From assembly GCA_963790045.1 (NCBI GenBank), contig CAWBMS010000008.1, forward strand, positions 133,126 to 197,125: 64,000 nt of DNA, in the 5' to 3' direction. This document shows, piece after piece, positions 40,601 to 51,849 of the stretch. Positions within the stretch are counted from its first letter, which is position 1. Each line of letters starts with the position of its first letter. Below the pieces are notes generated by a model. It was not told the origin of the DNA and did no database searches. It saw only the letters and a list, made by a program, of their open reading frames with translations. Position numbers and translations under genes: made by a program. This stretch comes from Ignavibacteriota bacterium. GTDB taxonomy: Bacteria > Bacteroidota > Ignavibacteria > UBA10030.

Positions 40601-41536
40601 TTAGATTGAAATACGTTTAATGTTCAGGTTCTCGATATCCATTCTGCCGACTTTTTTATCGGCGGCAATTTTAATATGCCGGACATCCACAGGATTTTCG
40701 CCGAACAATTTGGCTGCCGCTGTATCGATAGCAACAATATCGGTGGAGATCAACTGAGACTTCATTAACACCACATCATTCTGCGACACTCCGCGCGGAC
40801 CGTTCTGTTTCATAACATAATACGCATCCACAACATTTAATGTCGGCTTTCGATAGCCAGCAAAATCAGCAATACATTGATGCACATCGTTCCCATGCCA
40901 GAACCGGCGATCCCATACATTCCCCATCATGTTTTTCATCGAAATGGTGATACGGGTGCTGTTATGATTTTTGAGAATCGGTACATTGATGAAGACATCG
41001 GATTCCAGTATCAATTCATGTTCTTTCACCGTCTTTAAATTTTTTGCATTGGGAAGAGAAACTTCGTGATAATAATTTTCAGAATGAGCAGGTGCCATTT
41101 TTCCACCGGCATCTTTCACTGCTGATTCAATGCCGCTGTTCTTATAGCATTGTTGCCAGTTATCGCACGTGTGATCGAAGACATACACCTCTTTTGCTCC
41201 GGCATGCAAACATTGTTTGACGATTTCGGCAACGAGTTTCGGGTTGGTATTGCCGCCGCGATCGGGCGTTACATCCCAACCAATATTTGGCTTTATAACA
41301 ACCTTTTGTCCTTTTTTCACAAACGCACGAATTCCACCAAGCGCTTCTATTCCTTTTTGAAACATAACATCGGGCTCACCGCCTTTAATCGCTACCATGT
41401 GATATGGAAGCGGAGCAGCTTTTGCAGTTGAAGAAAATATTTTTTCGTATCCCGTAACGATGGATGTTCCGGCAAGTACACCAGCGCCGACACCCCACTT
41501 CATAAATTCACGTCGATCCATGTTCTTTCCTTTCAC
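40601..41536 (-). CDS. DUF362 family protein with a Tat signal peptide
   Basis: It has the twin-arginine motif MDRREFMKWGVGAGVLAG and a DUF362-like core. Confidence 0.55.
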   Translation of the reverse strand: MKGKNMDRREFMKWGVGAGVLAGTSIVTGYEKIFSSTAKAAPLPYHMVAIKGGEPDVMFQKGIEALGGIRAFVKKGQKVVIKPNIGWDVTPDRGGNTNPKLVAEIVKQCLHAGAKEVYVFDHTCDNWQQCYKNSGIESAVKDAGGKMAPAHSENYYHEVSLPNAKNLKTVKEHELILESDVFINVPILKNHNSTRITISMKNMMGNVWDRRFWHGNDVHQCIADFAGYRKPTLNVVDAYYVMKQNGPRGVSQNDVVLMKSQLISTDIVAIDTAAAKLFGENPVDVRHIKIAADKKVGRMDIENLNIKRISI

Positions 41537-41634
41537 AAAATGAACAACATTGAGTAAATTGATTTCCCCAAAACAAAAGCCATCTCAACGTACCGTTAAG
41601 ATGGCCTCTCCCAGAATATTTCAACAGTATATTT

Positions 41635-42201
41635 TTATTGTACGTTACTAAAATAGTAGTATGCAATAGTTGTCGCAGCGATCAGCTTTACCGCATCCCA
41701 CCAAGAAAAAATGAGGAAGCCGGATGCAATGGCATTCCACCAATTATTAAAAAAGACGAAATTGAGTTGGATCGTGCCGAATGAAAAAACAATCAAGAGT
41801 CCAACGGTCATCGTCAACAACATCCACCAATATTCTTTTCGAAGGCGAATCAAATATCCCACAACAAACGCTGCGATGGGAAATGCAAATAAATATCCGC
41901 CTGTTGGTCCAAGAAGTTTAGCAATACCAAAAGCGCCGCCAGCAAATGCAGGCAGTCCAAACAATCCTAATGCTAAATAGAATGCCATAGACAAGGCACC
42001 GTTTTGAGCGCCAAGAAAGACGCCGGCGCAAAGCACAAAAAATGTCTGTGTTGTGAATGGTACTGGATAATGCGGAATTTCTAACTGCGCGGCAAGAGCC
42101 ATAACGACAGCATAGCCCGCGATCCAAAGAGATTGAAGGGCAACGCCGGATACCATGGTGCCATTGGCTTTTTTTACCAGACTTTTTTGTGCTATATGCA
42201 T
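41635..42201 (-). CDS. bioY: biotin transporter BioY
   Basis: It has a GGYLFAFPIAAFVVGYL motif and five transmembrane helices. Confidence 0.75.
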   Translation of the reverse strand: MHIAQKSLVKKANGTMVSGVALQSLWIAGYAVVMALAAQLEIPHYPVPFTTQTFFVLCAGVFLGAQNGALSMAFYLALGLFGLPAFAGGAFGIAKLLGPTGGYLFAFPIAAFVVGYLIRLRKEYWWMLLTMTVGLLIVFSFGTIQLNFVFFNNWWNAIASGFLIFSWWDAVKLIAATTIAYYYFSNVQ

Positions 42202-42359
42202 TTCTTTTCCATTATAGAACATCGATAAGATAGAAAAATGTAAGACGAAAATCAATGAAAGAGAAGTGTATTTCTGATTGACTTACTTTCGATTTTTCAA
42301 TATATTGATAAGCCAACTCAATAATGGGTTGGTCTTTTTTTGTAGTGTTACACCATTAT

Positions 42360-42431
<72 letters not shown>

Positions 42432-42517
42432 CAAAATTATTGTCGTATGTTCCAATACAAAATTGAAAGTCGAGTTTTGAGCAAGCATCATCAACCGGAT
42501 TGCAAAAAGGATTTGCG

Positions 42518-43462
42518 ATGAGCGAGTTAATGATATTTTCCGGACGTTCAAACCGTTCGTTAGCAGAACGTATTTGTGCCGAAGCAACTATCCCGTTGGG
42601 CAATGCCCTCATTCAAACATTTAGCGACGGTGAGTTGTGGGTGAAGTATTCGCAAAACATTCGCGGTGCGGATGTTTTTATTATTCAATCCACACAAGCG
42701 CCGGCAGAAAATATTATGGAACTTCTGATGTTGATCGATGCTGCTATGCGTTCATCAGCAAAGCGTGTCACGGCAGTCATCCCGTATTTTGGTTATGCAC
42801 GGCAAGATCGAAAAGATCAACCGCGCGTATCGATCAGCGCAAAGTTAGTTGCGAATTTGCTGACGGAAGCTGGAGCCGATCGTGTGATTACTATGGATTT
42901 GCATACGCCGCAAATTCAAGGGTTCTTTGATATTCCGATGGATCACTTATATTCATCGGTGGTACTGGTTGATTATTTCCGCAAAATGGATATGTCCAAT
43001 TTTGTGGTAGCATCTCCGGATTTAGGCAGCATTAAGATGGCGCGTTCGTATGCAAAACGATTGGGATGCGATCTTGCTGTTATCGACAAACGACGCCCGA
43101 GGCCGAATGAAGCTGAAGTGATGAACATCATCGGTTCGGTCGAAGGAAAGAATATATTGATTGTGGACAACCTGCTTGATACAGGCGGCACCTTTGTGAA
43201 CGCTGCCGAAGCATTGAAAAAAAGCGGCGCATTAGAAATTTACGGCGCTTGCACGCATCCGATTCTTTCGGGAAAAGCGTACGAACGCTTAGAAGCATCT
43301 GTTGTATCCAAACTCATTGTGACGGATACGATTCCGTTGAAACGTACATCGCCAAAGATTGAAGTACATTCCATTTCAAAAATTTTTGCAGAAGCGATCT
43401 TGCGAACACATCGCAATGAATCGATTAGTTCGCTATTTGATATTGATAAAGATAAGATTTAA
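42518..43462 (+). CDS. prs: ribose-phosphate pyrophosphokinase
   Basis: It has the PRPP synthetase motifs (DLHTPQIQGFFDIP, VDNLLDTGGT). Confidence 0.9.
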   Translation: MSELMIFSGRSNRSLAERICAEATIPLGNALIQTFSDGELWVKYSQNIRGADVFIIQSTQAPAENIMELLMLIDAAMRSSAKRVTAVIPYFGYARQDRKDQPRVSISAKLVANLLTEAGADRVITMDLHTPQIQGFFDIPMDHLYSSVVLVDYFRKMDMSNFVVASPDLGSIKMARSYAKRLGCDLAVIDKRRPRPNEAEVMNIIGSVEGKNILIVDNLLDTGGTFVNAAEALKKSGALEIYGACTHPILSGKAYERLEASVVSKLIVTDTIPLKRTSPKIEVHSISKIFAEAILRTHRNESISSLFDIDKDKI

Positions 43463-43477
43463 CCAAGGAGAACAACG

Positions 43478-44185
43478 ATGTCAGAAATAACCTTGACGGC
43501 TGAAGTGCGCAAAGCATTTGGAAGACGCGCAAAAACTCTTCGCACCGTCGGAAAAGTCCCCGGCATTTATTATGGTCACGGGCAACAAAATATCGCGGTG
43601 TCGCTTCTGGAGGCATCCCTCCGCCCGCTCTACACGACCACGGCAACACATGTCATCAACTTAAAACTTGATGATGGTTCAACACACCTGTGTGTGCTGC
43701 GCGATGTGCAGCTCGATCCAGTAACAGAAAAGCCGGTACATTTCGATTTATTCGGACTCAGCGAAAACGAGGCAGTAACAATCGAAATCCCTGTTAAATT
43801 AACGGGTGGAATTCCGAAAGGTGTTCGTGACGGCGGTATCTTACAGCAAGTGTTGCATAAACTTCGTGTTTCGTGTTTACCAAAAAATATTCCCGATCAT
43901 ATCGAGATCAATGTCAGCGATTTAGCGATCAACCACTCGGTACACGTGAAGAATATTTCTATTCCCAATGTAACAATTGTGGAAAACGAAACCAGTACTA
44001 TCGTTGGTGTTGTTCCGCCGACAGTTCAGAAAGAAGCTGAAGTCGCCGCAACGACAACCGCGGCAGTTCCTGTTGAAGGAGCCGCACCTGCTGCTGAACC
44101 CGAAGTTATTGCCAAAGGCAAGAAACCGGAAGAAGGCGCAGAAGAAAAACCTGCGGCTCAAAAACCTGCTACTCAGAAAAAGTAA
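43478..44185 (+). CDS. rplY: 50S ribosomal protein L25 / general stress protein Ctc
   Basis: It has the L25 N-terminal domain plus an Ala/Glu/Pro/Lys-rich C-terminal tail. Confidence 0.85.
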   Translation: MSEITLTAEVRKAFGRRAKTLRTVGKVPGIYYGHGQQNIAVSLLEASLRPLYTTTATHVINLKLDDGSTHLCVLRDVQLDPVTEKPVHFDLFGLSENEAVTIEIPVKLTGGIPKGVRDGGILQQVLHKLRVSCLPKNIPDHIEINVSDLAINHSVHVKNISIPNVTIVENETSTIVGVVPPTVQKEAEVAATTTAAVPVEGAAPAAEPEVIAKGKKPEEGAEEKPAAQKPATQKK

Positions 44186-44208
44186 CAGTTTCGAGCGATC
44201 ACTGAGCG

Positions 44209-44742
44209 ATGCATCTCATTGTCGGTCTTGGAAATCCCGGCAGGCGGTATGAATACACCCGCCACAATGTTGGGTTTCTTGTTGTTGACCAGCTTGCTGC
44301 ATCGCTCAAAGCAACCTTTCGTCCGGCACAGGGCGACTATTGGTTTGCATCTTGTTCTTTGAATGGTCTTGATGTCGTTTTGATGAAGCCGACAACGTAT
44401 ATGAATAATAGCGGTATCGCCGTGCAACAATTTTTGGAATCACATGCCTTGCCGTTGGAACAAGTGTTGATTGTTTGTGATGATTTTCAACTGCCGCTTG
44501 GCTCCTTGCGAATCCGCGAAAGCGGATCGGATGGCGGACATAACGGTTTAGCATCCATGATCTATCACGTTCAATCGGAAAATATTCCGCGCATGCGGTG
44601 CGGAATCGGTTCAGAACATCTTCCAACAGATAAATCATTGATGGCAGATTTTGTTCTTTCGGAATTTGAAAAAGATGAACATGAAGTTGTCAGCACAATG
44701 TTGCAGCAGGCAGGAGATGCATGCCCGCATCTTCATCACTGA
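44209..44742 (+). CDS. pth: peptidyl-tRNA hydrolase
   Basis: It has MHLIVGLGNPGRRYEYTRHNVGF. Confidence 0.9.
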   Translation: MHLIVGLGNPGRRYEYTRHNVGFLVVDQLAASLKATFRPAQGDYWFASCSLNGLDVVLMKPTTYMNNSGIAVQQFLESHALPLEQVLIVCDDFQLPLGSLRIRESGSDGGHNGLASMIYHVQSENIPRMRCGIGSEHLPTDKSLMADFVLSEFEKDEHEVVSTMLQQAGDACPHLHH

Positions 44743-44883
44743 AGGCATTGTCAACGCGATGAATCAGTTCAACAACATCAAGCCGACAATCTCAGAAATT
44801 TAATTAACCCTGCCCTGCTGTTTGAAGGTTGCCTTCAAAAAAAAGCGGGGCCATTTATTCAACACAAGTCCAAAGGGAATCTT

Positions 44884-45330
44884 ATGGCACAACAACAAAA
44901 GAATTACGAGGTTACGTTTATCGTGAACGCTGCCCTCGATGATCCGCAGATCGATACCGCGATTGAAAAGGTGAAAGAATTCATCGTCAAGAACGGCGGC
45001 GAAATTGTGGAACTCACCAAATGGGGACGCAAGCGATTTGCATATCCCATTAAAAAGAAAAATAACGGCTTTTATGTCGTTATCGTCTTCAAATCTGTCG
45101 GCGATCTCGTTGCAAAACTTGAACGCGCTTTTCAACTCGATGAAAACTTCTTGCGCTATCTTGTCATCTATCTCGACAAGAAAGCTACAGCAGGGAGAAT
45201 CCCGGGTAGTGAACTATTAAAATTAGGCACTGCTGCTCCAATCATACCCAGCGGTGTACCATTGGTTACACCGGCCGTCACCGAGGAAATACCCGCGGAC
45301 GATGCTGAAGTTGAAAAATTAGAATTGTAG
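44884..45330 (+). CDS. rpsF: 30S ribosomal protein S6
   Basis: It has YEVTFIVNAALDD...WGRKRFAYPI. Confidence 0.9.
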   Translation: MAQQQKNYEVTFIVNAALDDPQIDTAIEKVKEFIVKNGGEIVELTKWGRKRFAYPIKKKNNGFYVVIVFKSVGDLVAKLERAFQLDENFLRYLVIYLDKKATAGRIPGSELLKLGTAAPIIPSGVPLVTPAVTEEIPADDAEVEKLEL

Positions 45331-45342
45331 AAAAGGAATATT

Positions 45343-45693
45343 ATGGCACAGCAAAATCAAAATTCACGTTCCGGCGGTGGAAGATCATTCTCAGGGCGAC
45401 CAACATCCGACGGACGACAGCCCTATGGCAGACAAACAAACGGCAGGCAATCGCCGAACGCACGTCAACAACAACAGCATAAAAAACGTACATGCCGTTT
45501 TTGCGATTCCAAAGATGTTTATATCGATTTCAAAAACGAAAAACGTCTTGCGCGCTTTGTCAATGAACAGGGCAAAATTATTCCACGCCGCATTACCGGC
45601 ACGTGCGCCCGGCATCAACGCCAACTGCAAATCGCCATTAAACGCGCGCGGCACCTGGCATTGCTTTCATTCGTCAACGAAGCAGTGAGTTAA
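45343..45693 (+). CDS. rpsR: 30S ribosomal protein S18 (with an N-terminal R/Q/G-rich extension)
   Basis: It has the CRFC...[26 protein letters not shown] core. Confidence 0.9.
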   Translation: MAQQNQNSRSGGGRSFSGRPTSDGRQPYGRQTNGRQSPNARQQQQHKKRTCRFCDSKDVYIDFKNEKRLARFVNEQGKIIPRRITGTCARHQRQLQIAIKRARHLALLSFVNEAVS

Positions 45694-45705
45694 GGAGAGA
45701 GCACT

Positions 45706-46149
45706 ATGAAAATCATTTTACGGCAAAACCATGAAAAGCTTGGCGCCATCGGCGAAGTTGTATCTGTAAAAGATGGCTACGCACGCAATTATCTTATTCC
45801 GCGCGGCATTGCCTACGAAGCAACACGGGGCAGTCTTCAACAATTAGAAGAAGAAAAGAAAACGGCTACACGCCGTTCGGATCGCGAAAAGAAAAACGCC
45901 GAAGCTTTGGCGGCTGAAGTCGAAAAAATCTCTCTCACCATCAAAATGAAAGTTGGCGAGGACGATAAATTGTTCGGGTCGGTCACATCGCAGCAAATTG
46001 CTGAGTCGCTTGCCGCGAAGAACATTACGCTCGATAAACGCAGCATTGAACTTGAAGAACCGCTGAAAGCGCTCGGCACATTTGAAGTGCCTGTAAAACT
46101 TTCGGCCGGCGTATCAAGCAAAATCAAAGTGTGGATCGTGCGCGAATAA
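45706..46149 (+). CDS. rplI: 50S ribosomal protein L9
   Basis: It has MKIILRQNHEKLGAIGEVVSVKDGYARNYLIPRG. Confidence 0.9.
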   Translation: MKIILRQNHEKLGAIGEVVSVKDGYARNYLIPRGIAYEATRGSLQQLEEEKKTATRRSDREKKNAEALAAEVEKISLTIKMKVGEDDKLFGSVTSQQIAESLAAKNITLDKRSIELEEPLKALGTFEVPVKLSAGVSSKIKVWIVRE

Positions 46150-46174
46150 TCATCGCTTCAACACTGTATCGTCA

Positions 46175-46205
46175 AAAGGCAGCATTCGTGCTGCCTTTTT
46201 ATTTT
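46175..46205 (+). terminator. rho-independent terminator after rplI
   Basis: It is a GGCAGCA ttcg TGCTGCC hairpin followed by TTTTTATTTT. Confidence 0.7.
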
Positions 46206-46356
46206 CTGCATCTCAACAAAACAACCATCAGGAACTCCATCTCTTTTCTTACTGTTTTAATGACAGAATGAACTATGCCAATGTTGGCTTCCACTAATTC
46301 ATAGCTGTTATTGGCAACTGTTCACACGGTCATGACGAAAAAAAAAGGGAGATAGA

Positions 46357-48199
46357 ATGACACGAAAGACGAAGAACGTCGAAGATGTCACCATTCGCTT
46401 TGCCGGAGATTCCGGCGATGGCATGCAACTTACCGGGACACAATTTACCAACACTACAGCAATTTTTGGAAACGATTTAAGCACCTTGCCGGATTATCCC
46501 GCAGAAATTCGTGCGCCGCAAGGTACGACGATTCGGCGTCAGCGGATTCCAAATTCATTTCGGAGGTACCGAAATCAACACACCGGGCGATACTACGACG
46601 TGTTGGTTGCGATGAACGCTGCGGCGTTACAAGTCAATCTCCGCTCACTCATCAAAGGCGGCTCCATCATTGTCAACACGGACGGCTTTAATGAAAAGAA
46701 TTTAAAGCTTGCAGGATATTCGGAAAATCCTTTACATAACCAATCGCTGGCGGATTATTTGGTGTACGAAGTGGATATCACAGAACTGACATCACTCGCC
46801 CTGCAAGATCTAGGGCTTACAACAAAAATTATCGATCGTTCCAAAAACTTTTTCGCGCTCGGCATGATGTATTCGGATGTGCCAATCGTTCCTTAGAACC
46901 GACACTGAAATGGCTGAAAGAAAAATTTGCCTCCAAGCCGGACGTGCTGGAAGCAAACACGCGCGTCTTGAAAGCAGGTTGGAATTTCAGCGAGACAACG
47001 GAAATATTCAGAGTGCGGTATGATATTGCTCCTGCAAAACTCCATCCAGGCAAATACAGAAACATTACCGGCAATCAGGCAACAGCTTGGGGATTCTTGC
47101 CGCGGCAAAGAAAGCAAACTTGGAATTGTTTCTCGGCAGTTATCCTATCACTCCTGCAAGCGATATTTTGCATGAACTTGCGAAGTATAAAAACTTTGGC
47201 GTGAAAACATTTCAGGCAGAAGATGAAATTGCCGGCATCTCCTCGGCAATCGGCGCAGCGTTTTCCGGTTCGCTTGGCGTTACGACAACCAGCGGACCGG
47301 GGCTTGCATTAAAAACTGAAGCGCTGGGATTAGCGGTGATGGTGGAATTACCTCTTATCGTCGTCAACGTGCAGCGCGGCGGGCCAAGCACAGGGCTTCC
47401 GACAAAGACCGAACAAGCGGATTTATTTCAAGCGTTGTATGGACGCAACGGTGAAGCTCCGATCCCTGTTATCGCCGCATCGACGCCTTCCGATTGTTTC
47501 AATGCAGTCTTTGAATCCGCACGCATCGCAATCAAATATATGACGCCCGTCATTTGTCTGACCGACGGATATCTTGGCAACGGTTCAGAACCGTGGCTCA
47601 TTCCCGATTACAATCAATTGCCCAATATCGCTCCCACATTCCGAACAAACCCGGAAGGATTCCTTCCCTATCTGCGTGATGAAACAACGCTTGCACGCCC
47701 GTGGGCAATTCCCGGTACACCGGGATTAGAACATCGCATCGGCGGATTAGAAAAACAAAATATCTCAGGCAACGTAAATTACGAACCCGAAAATCATGAA
47801 CTAATGGTAAAGCTCCGAGCCGATAAAATCGCTCGCATTGTGAATGATCTTCCGTTGGCAAAAGTGGACGGCGATGCAAGCGGTGATCTTCTTATCGTCG
47901 GTTGGGGAAGCACGTACGGGGCTATTCGCACAGCGGTACAACGGCATCGCGCAAAAGGCCATTCCGTTGCTCATCTCCATCTTACATATTTAAATCCTCT
48001 GCAAAAAAATATCGGCGAACTATTATATCATTACAAAAAAATTCTTGTGCCGGAAATCAATAACGGCCAACTGATTCACATTCTTCGTTCAAATTATCTT
48101 GTCCCTGCAACCGGACTCAATAAAATCCAAGGGCTTCCCTTCCGTGCGGAAGAAATTGAACACAAAATGGATGAACTGCTGAAAGGCAACAACGAATGA
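46357..48199 (+). CDS. korA: 2-oxoglutarate/2-oxoacid:ferredoxin oxidoreductase alpha subunit, interrupted by at least 4 indels (three frames)
   Basis: The N-terminus [20 protein letters not shown] is diagnostic. The expected [20 protein letters not shown] is readable only in an alternate frame between two compensating indels (about 46545-46610). Further frame switches occur at about 46880 and about 47095 (AWGFL|AAAKKANLE). Confidence 0.75.
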
Positions 48200-49248
48200 C
48201 AACTCTCGTGGACAACATCATCGCACAAGCGCGTTCTATCGAAACGCCCAAATACATATCCAAGGATTTTCAAAGCGATCAAGACGTACGTTGGTGTCCA
48301 GGCTGCGGCGATTATTCCATTCTTGCGCAAGTACAGCGCATTATGCCTGATCTTGGTATTCCGCGGCATAACATCGTATTCGTTTCCGGCATCGGCTGCT
48401 CCAGCCGCTTTCCGTATTATATGGATACGTACGGCTTTCACAGCATTCACGGCAGAGCAACCGCTATTGCCTCCGGTGTTAAGCTGGCACGCCCCGATCT
48501 TTCCGTGTGGGTTGTCACTGGCGATGGCGACGGCATGAGCATCGGCGGGAATCATCTGATTCATTTGCTTCGAAGAAATGTCGATGTGAACGTCCTTCTC
48601 TTCAACAACCAAATTTATGGATTGACAAAAGGACAATACTCGCCGACATCGGAAAAAGGAAAAGTTACAAAATCAACGCCGTACGGTTCAATTGATTATC
48701 CATTCAATCCTGCGGCATTGGCGCTCGGCGCAGGTGCAACATTCGTGGCACGTACATTGGACCGCGATCCAAAACATTTACAGCAAATGCTTAAAAGAGC
48801 AGCCGGCCATGTTGGAACATCGTTCGTGGAAGTGTACCAAAACTGCAACGTATTTAACGACGGTGCGTTTTCGCATCTCACAGATAAAGAAACAAAAGAC
48901 GATTATGTTGTTTTTTTGGAACATGGCAAACCGCTTATCTTCGGCAAAAATAATGATAAGGGTGTTCGCTTGAGCGGCTTTACGCCGGAAGTCGTTTCTC
49001 TAACTGATGGAAAATATTCTGCCAACGATTTGATGATCCACAATGAACATGACACCACGCTTTCTTTTATTCTTGCCAATATGACGTACAACGAATTTCT
49101 TCCGCGTCCACTCGGAATTTTTTTAGATATTGCACGCCCTTCCTACGATGCCGAAATGCAGCGACAGATTGAATTCGCCAAACAAAAACGCGGCGAAGGC
49201 GATATGATGGCACTGTTAAATTCCGGCGAGACTTGGATAATTCGATAA
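48196..49248 (+). CDS. korB: 2-oxoacid:ferredoxin oxidoreductase beta subunit (TPP-binding)
   Basis: It has a [11 protein letters not shown] motif, the GDGD TPP fold, and an ATGA overlap with korA. Confidence 0.9.
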   Translation: MTTLVDNIIAQARSIETPKYISKDFQSDQDVRWCPGCGDYSILAQVQRIMPDLGIPRHNIVFVSGIGCSSRFPYYMDTYGFHSIHGRATAIASGVKLARPDLSVWVVTGDGDGMSIGGNHLIHLLRRNVDVNVLLFNNQIYGLTKGQYSPTSEKGKVTKSTPYGSIDYPFNPAALALGAGATFVARTLDRDPKHLQQMLKRAAGHVGTSFVEVYQNCNVFNDGAFSHLTDKETKDDYVVFLEHGKPLIFGKNNDKGVRLSGFTPEVVSLTDGKYSANDLMIHNEHDTTLSFILANMTYNEFLPRPLGIFLDIARPSYDAEMQRQIEFAKQKRGEGDMMALLNSGETWIIR

Positions 49249-49274
49249 TAATTCTATATTGAATATTAGTAAGT

Positions 49275-50327
49275 ATGGTTCTGGAGTGGGGGGAAAATCC
49301 ATATTTACGTTTTACAACGACAACAATTCATGAGGAAGCAGTGCCAATTCAGTTTGAAAAATTTCGACAAATGATTGAATCGCATCAGCGGTTTCTTCTC
49401 ACCACGCATATCAATCCCGATGGCGACGGACTGGGAACCGAAGTTGCACTCGCACTCTACATACAAAAGCTCGGCAAGCAGGCAACAATTCTCAATTGCA
49501 GTGCAACGCCCTATAACTATTTGTTTCTCGATAAACTTTTTCCAATTCAGCATTTTCAAAATCCGACAGATGCACACTTGATCGAAGAGACAGAAGTAGT
49601 TTTAGTAATCGACACGAATCATTTAGACCGTGTTGCAGCAATGAAGCCGTTTATTGAAAAATGCAAAGCCCTCAAGATTTGTATCGACCATCATTTGGAC
49701 CCGGCAGAGTTTGCCGACATTTATATTTTAGACGAACCTTCTTCTGCAACGGGAGAAATTGTGTATCGCTTGTTAAGTTATCTCAACGGACGCACTATCG
49801 ACCGAGAAACCGCCATTGCACTTTACACGGCAATTATGACCGACACGGGCGGCTTTCGGTATCCGCGTACAAGTCCTGAAGTACATAAAATTGTTGCCAA
49901 CTTAATTCAAATGGGCGCTGATCCCGTCGCCATTCATGAGTATGTGTACGAACGCGGGCAGATCAATCGGCTACAATTGCTCGGCATGGCGCTTGCGACA
50001 CTTCAGCTTGCGCATAACGGCAAGGTGGCATATATGATTTTGACAAAACACATGTTCGATGTAACCAACACATCGGAAGCCGATACCGACGCTTTTGTTC
50101 CTTACACGCTTTCCATCGATGGTGTGAAAGTTGGATTGATGTTCACCGAAATGGAAAGCGGCATTAAAATAAATTTTCGTTCCAAAGGCGATATTCGGAT
50201 TAACCAGCTTGCAAAAGAATTCGGCGGCAACGGACACAAGAATGCAGCAGGCGCTCGTATTGCCAACGGCACGTTAGAAGAATATGTACCCCAGGTCATT
50301 GACCATGTCGGCGCATACACACCGTAA
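49275..50327 (+). CDS. nrnA: DHH/DHHA1 family phosphoesterase (NrnA-like oligoribonuclease/pAp phosphatase)
   Basis: It has the DHH motif (CIDHHLD) and a DHHA1 GGGH-like C-terminus (GGNGHKNAAGA). Confidence 0.75.
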   Translation: MVLEWGENPYLRFTTTTIHEEAVPIQFEKFRQMIESHQRFLLTTHINPDGDGLGTEVALALYIQKLGKQATILNCSATPYNYLFLDKLFPIQHFQNPTDAHLIEETEVVLVIDTNHLDRVAAMKPFIEKCKALKICIDHHLDPAEFADIYILDEPSSATGEIVYRLLSYLNGRTIDRETAIALYTAIMTDTGGFRYPRTSPEVHKIVANLIQMGADPVAIHEYVYERGQINRLQLLGMALATLQLAHNGKVAYMILTKHMFDVTNTSEADTDAFVPYTLSIDGVKVGLMFTEMESGIKINFRSKGDIRINQLAKEFGGNGHKNAAGARIANGTLEEYVPQVIDHVGAYTP

Positions 50328-50420
50328 GTTTCCTTTTTCTCCCATTTGACTCAACTTCTTGCACAGCCCTATACAAAGACATCGTATAGACAATGGAATT
50401 GGCATCAACGAAATATCCGT

Positions 50421-50987
50421 TTACTTCAATCCCAGACGCTCTGCATCCTGCTTCATTGCCTCGATCACGAAAGTTATATGCTCTTCAAGCAGAACACCTA
50501 ACTCCTCTGCTCCCTGCGTGATATCTTCCCTGCTGACATTTTTTGCGAACGCTTTGTCTTTCATTTTTTTCTTCACCGATGACGCCGCCAGATCCATAAT
50601 CTTATTCGGACGTACAACCGCAACCGCCGTAATGAAACCGCAAAGTTCATCGCACGCATACAACACTTTCGCCATTTGTGTTTCGCGCGGTACGCCGGAA
50701 TAATTTGCATGCCCAAGAATGGCAATAACAATATCTTCCGGCCAACCTTTCTGCCGCAAAATCTCCGCGCCTTTTGTCGTATGTTCCGGTATGGTGGGAA
50801 ACTGTTCATAATCGAAGTCGTGCAGCAATCCGGTTATAGCCCAGAGTTCTTCATCTTCATTGTACTTGCGAGCGTACGCCCGCATTGCCGCTTCCACAGA
50901 ATACATGTGTTTGCGCAGTGCTTCATTCTTAACATATTCGTGCATTAATTCTAAAGCATCTTGATAATTCATACTCTTATTTTGCAT
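50421..50987 (-). CDS. HD-domain phosphohydrolase
   Basis: It has the H..HD motif (LLHDFD). The start is trimmed to MQNKSMNYQ. Confidence 0.7.
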   Translation of the reverse strand: MQNKSMNYQDALELMHEYVKNEALRKHMYSVEAAMRAYARKYNEDEELWAITGLLHDFDYEQFPTIPEHTTKGAEILRQKGWPEDIVIAILGHANYSGVPRETQMAKVLYACDELCGFITAVAVVRPNKIMDLAASSVKKKMKDKAFAKNVSREDITQGAEELGVLLEEHITFVIEAMKQDAERLGLK

Positions 50988-51804
50988 GTTGAATGTTTGC
51001 TTGATACTCTTTGATATACTTTGCAACATCGACCATCGGCGCAATCCAAATATTTTGTTCATGCTGTTTGAGGTATTGCAACAACAATCGGTGATCTTCC
51101 AACGAAACATTGATATTGTGTTCACCGCCGACGCCATGGAATAAAAAGACAATCAGCGCCTGGTGCGCTTCGGCATTTTTTACTAATTGAATCATCTGTT
51201 CGGCAGTGTTTCCATTGATCATATAACAGCCGATATCGTATAAATTAATTTCGCCGATGTGCTGTGTTTTTCCTTCCACACCGCGCGCAGCAACAAATTC
51301 TTTTTTGATATCCGGCACATACGACGAATCGCCGAACTTCGTATCGCCGCATGGATACGCAAACGTGCGCTCTTTTTTCCCGTCAAGCATGTTCAATATG
51401 ACATTATTCAGCGTGATCTCATCGATTAACCGTGAACGCGTATAATGGTTCAGATTGTAATCTGCCGGCACCCATTCCCGTCCTGGCGCATCGCCTGCGC
51501 ACGGATGAAAAAGCGAATGATTGCCTAATTCGTGCCCATGTTGCGCGAGCGTTTTCCAATCGGTAGGTCGTGCTCGAAATCCTGGAAAATTTCCGGAGAC
51601 ATAAAACGTCGCTTTTAATCCCAGTGAATCCAGCAATGGTGCGACATGATCAATATCCGTATTTAAGGCATCGTCGTATGTCAACACGACGGCACATTTT
51701 TTATGATTCCAGATATTATCATCCTGCGCATACAATGGATAGCAACAAACGGCCAAAAGAATAATGGGAAATATTTTTTTAATCGATTCAAAAGAACAAC
51801 ACAT
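50977..51804 (-). CDS. polysaccharide deacetylase (NodB-homology) family protein, secreted
   Basis: It has a signal peptide and a TYDDALNTD NodB motif. Confidence 0.75.
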   Translation of the reverse strand: MCCSFESIKKIFPIILLAVCCYPLYAQDDNIWNHKKCAVVLTYDDALNTDIDHVAPLLDSLGLKATFYVSGNFPGFRARPTDWKTLAQHGHELGNHSLFHPCAGDAPGREWVPADYNLNHYTRSRLIDEITLNNVILNMLDGKKERTFAYPCGDTKFGDSSYVPDIKKEFVAARGVEGKTQHIGEINLYDIGCYMINGNTAEQMIQLVKNAEAHQALIVFLFHGVGGEHNINVSLEDHRLLLQYLKQHEQNIWIAPMVDVAKYIKEYQANIQHAK

Positions 51805-51849
51805 GACATTACCTTTCGTGAATATGTTTAATCGCGATATAAATCTTTT

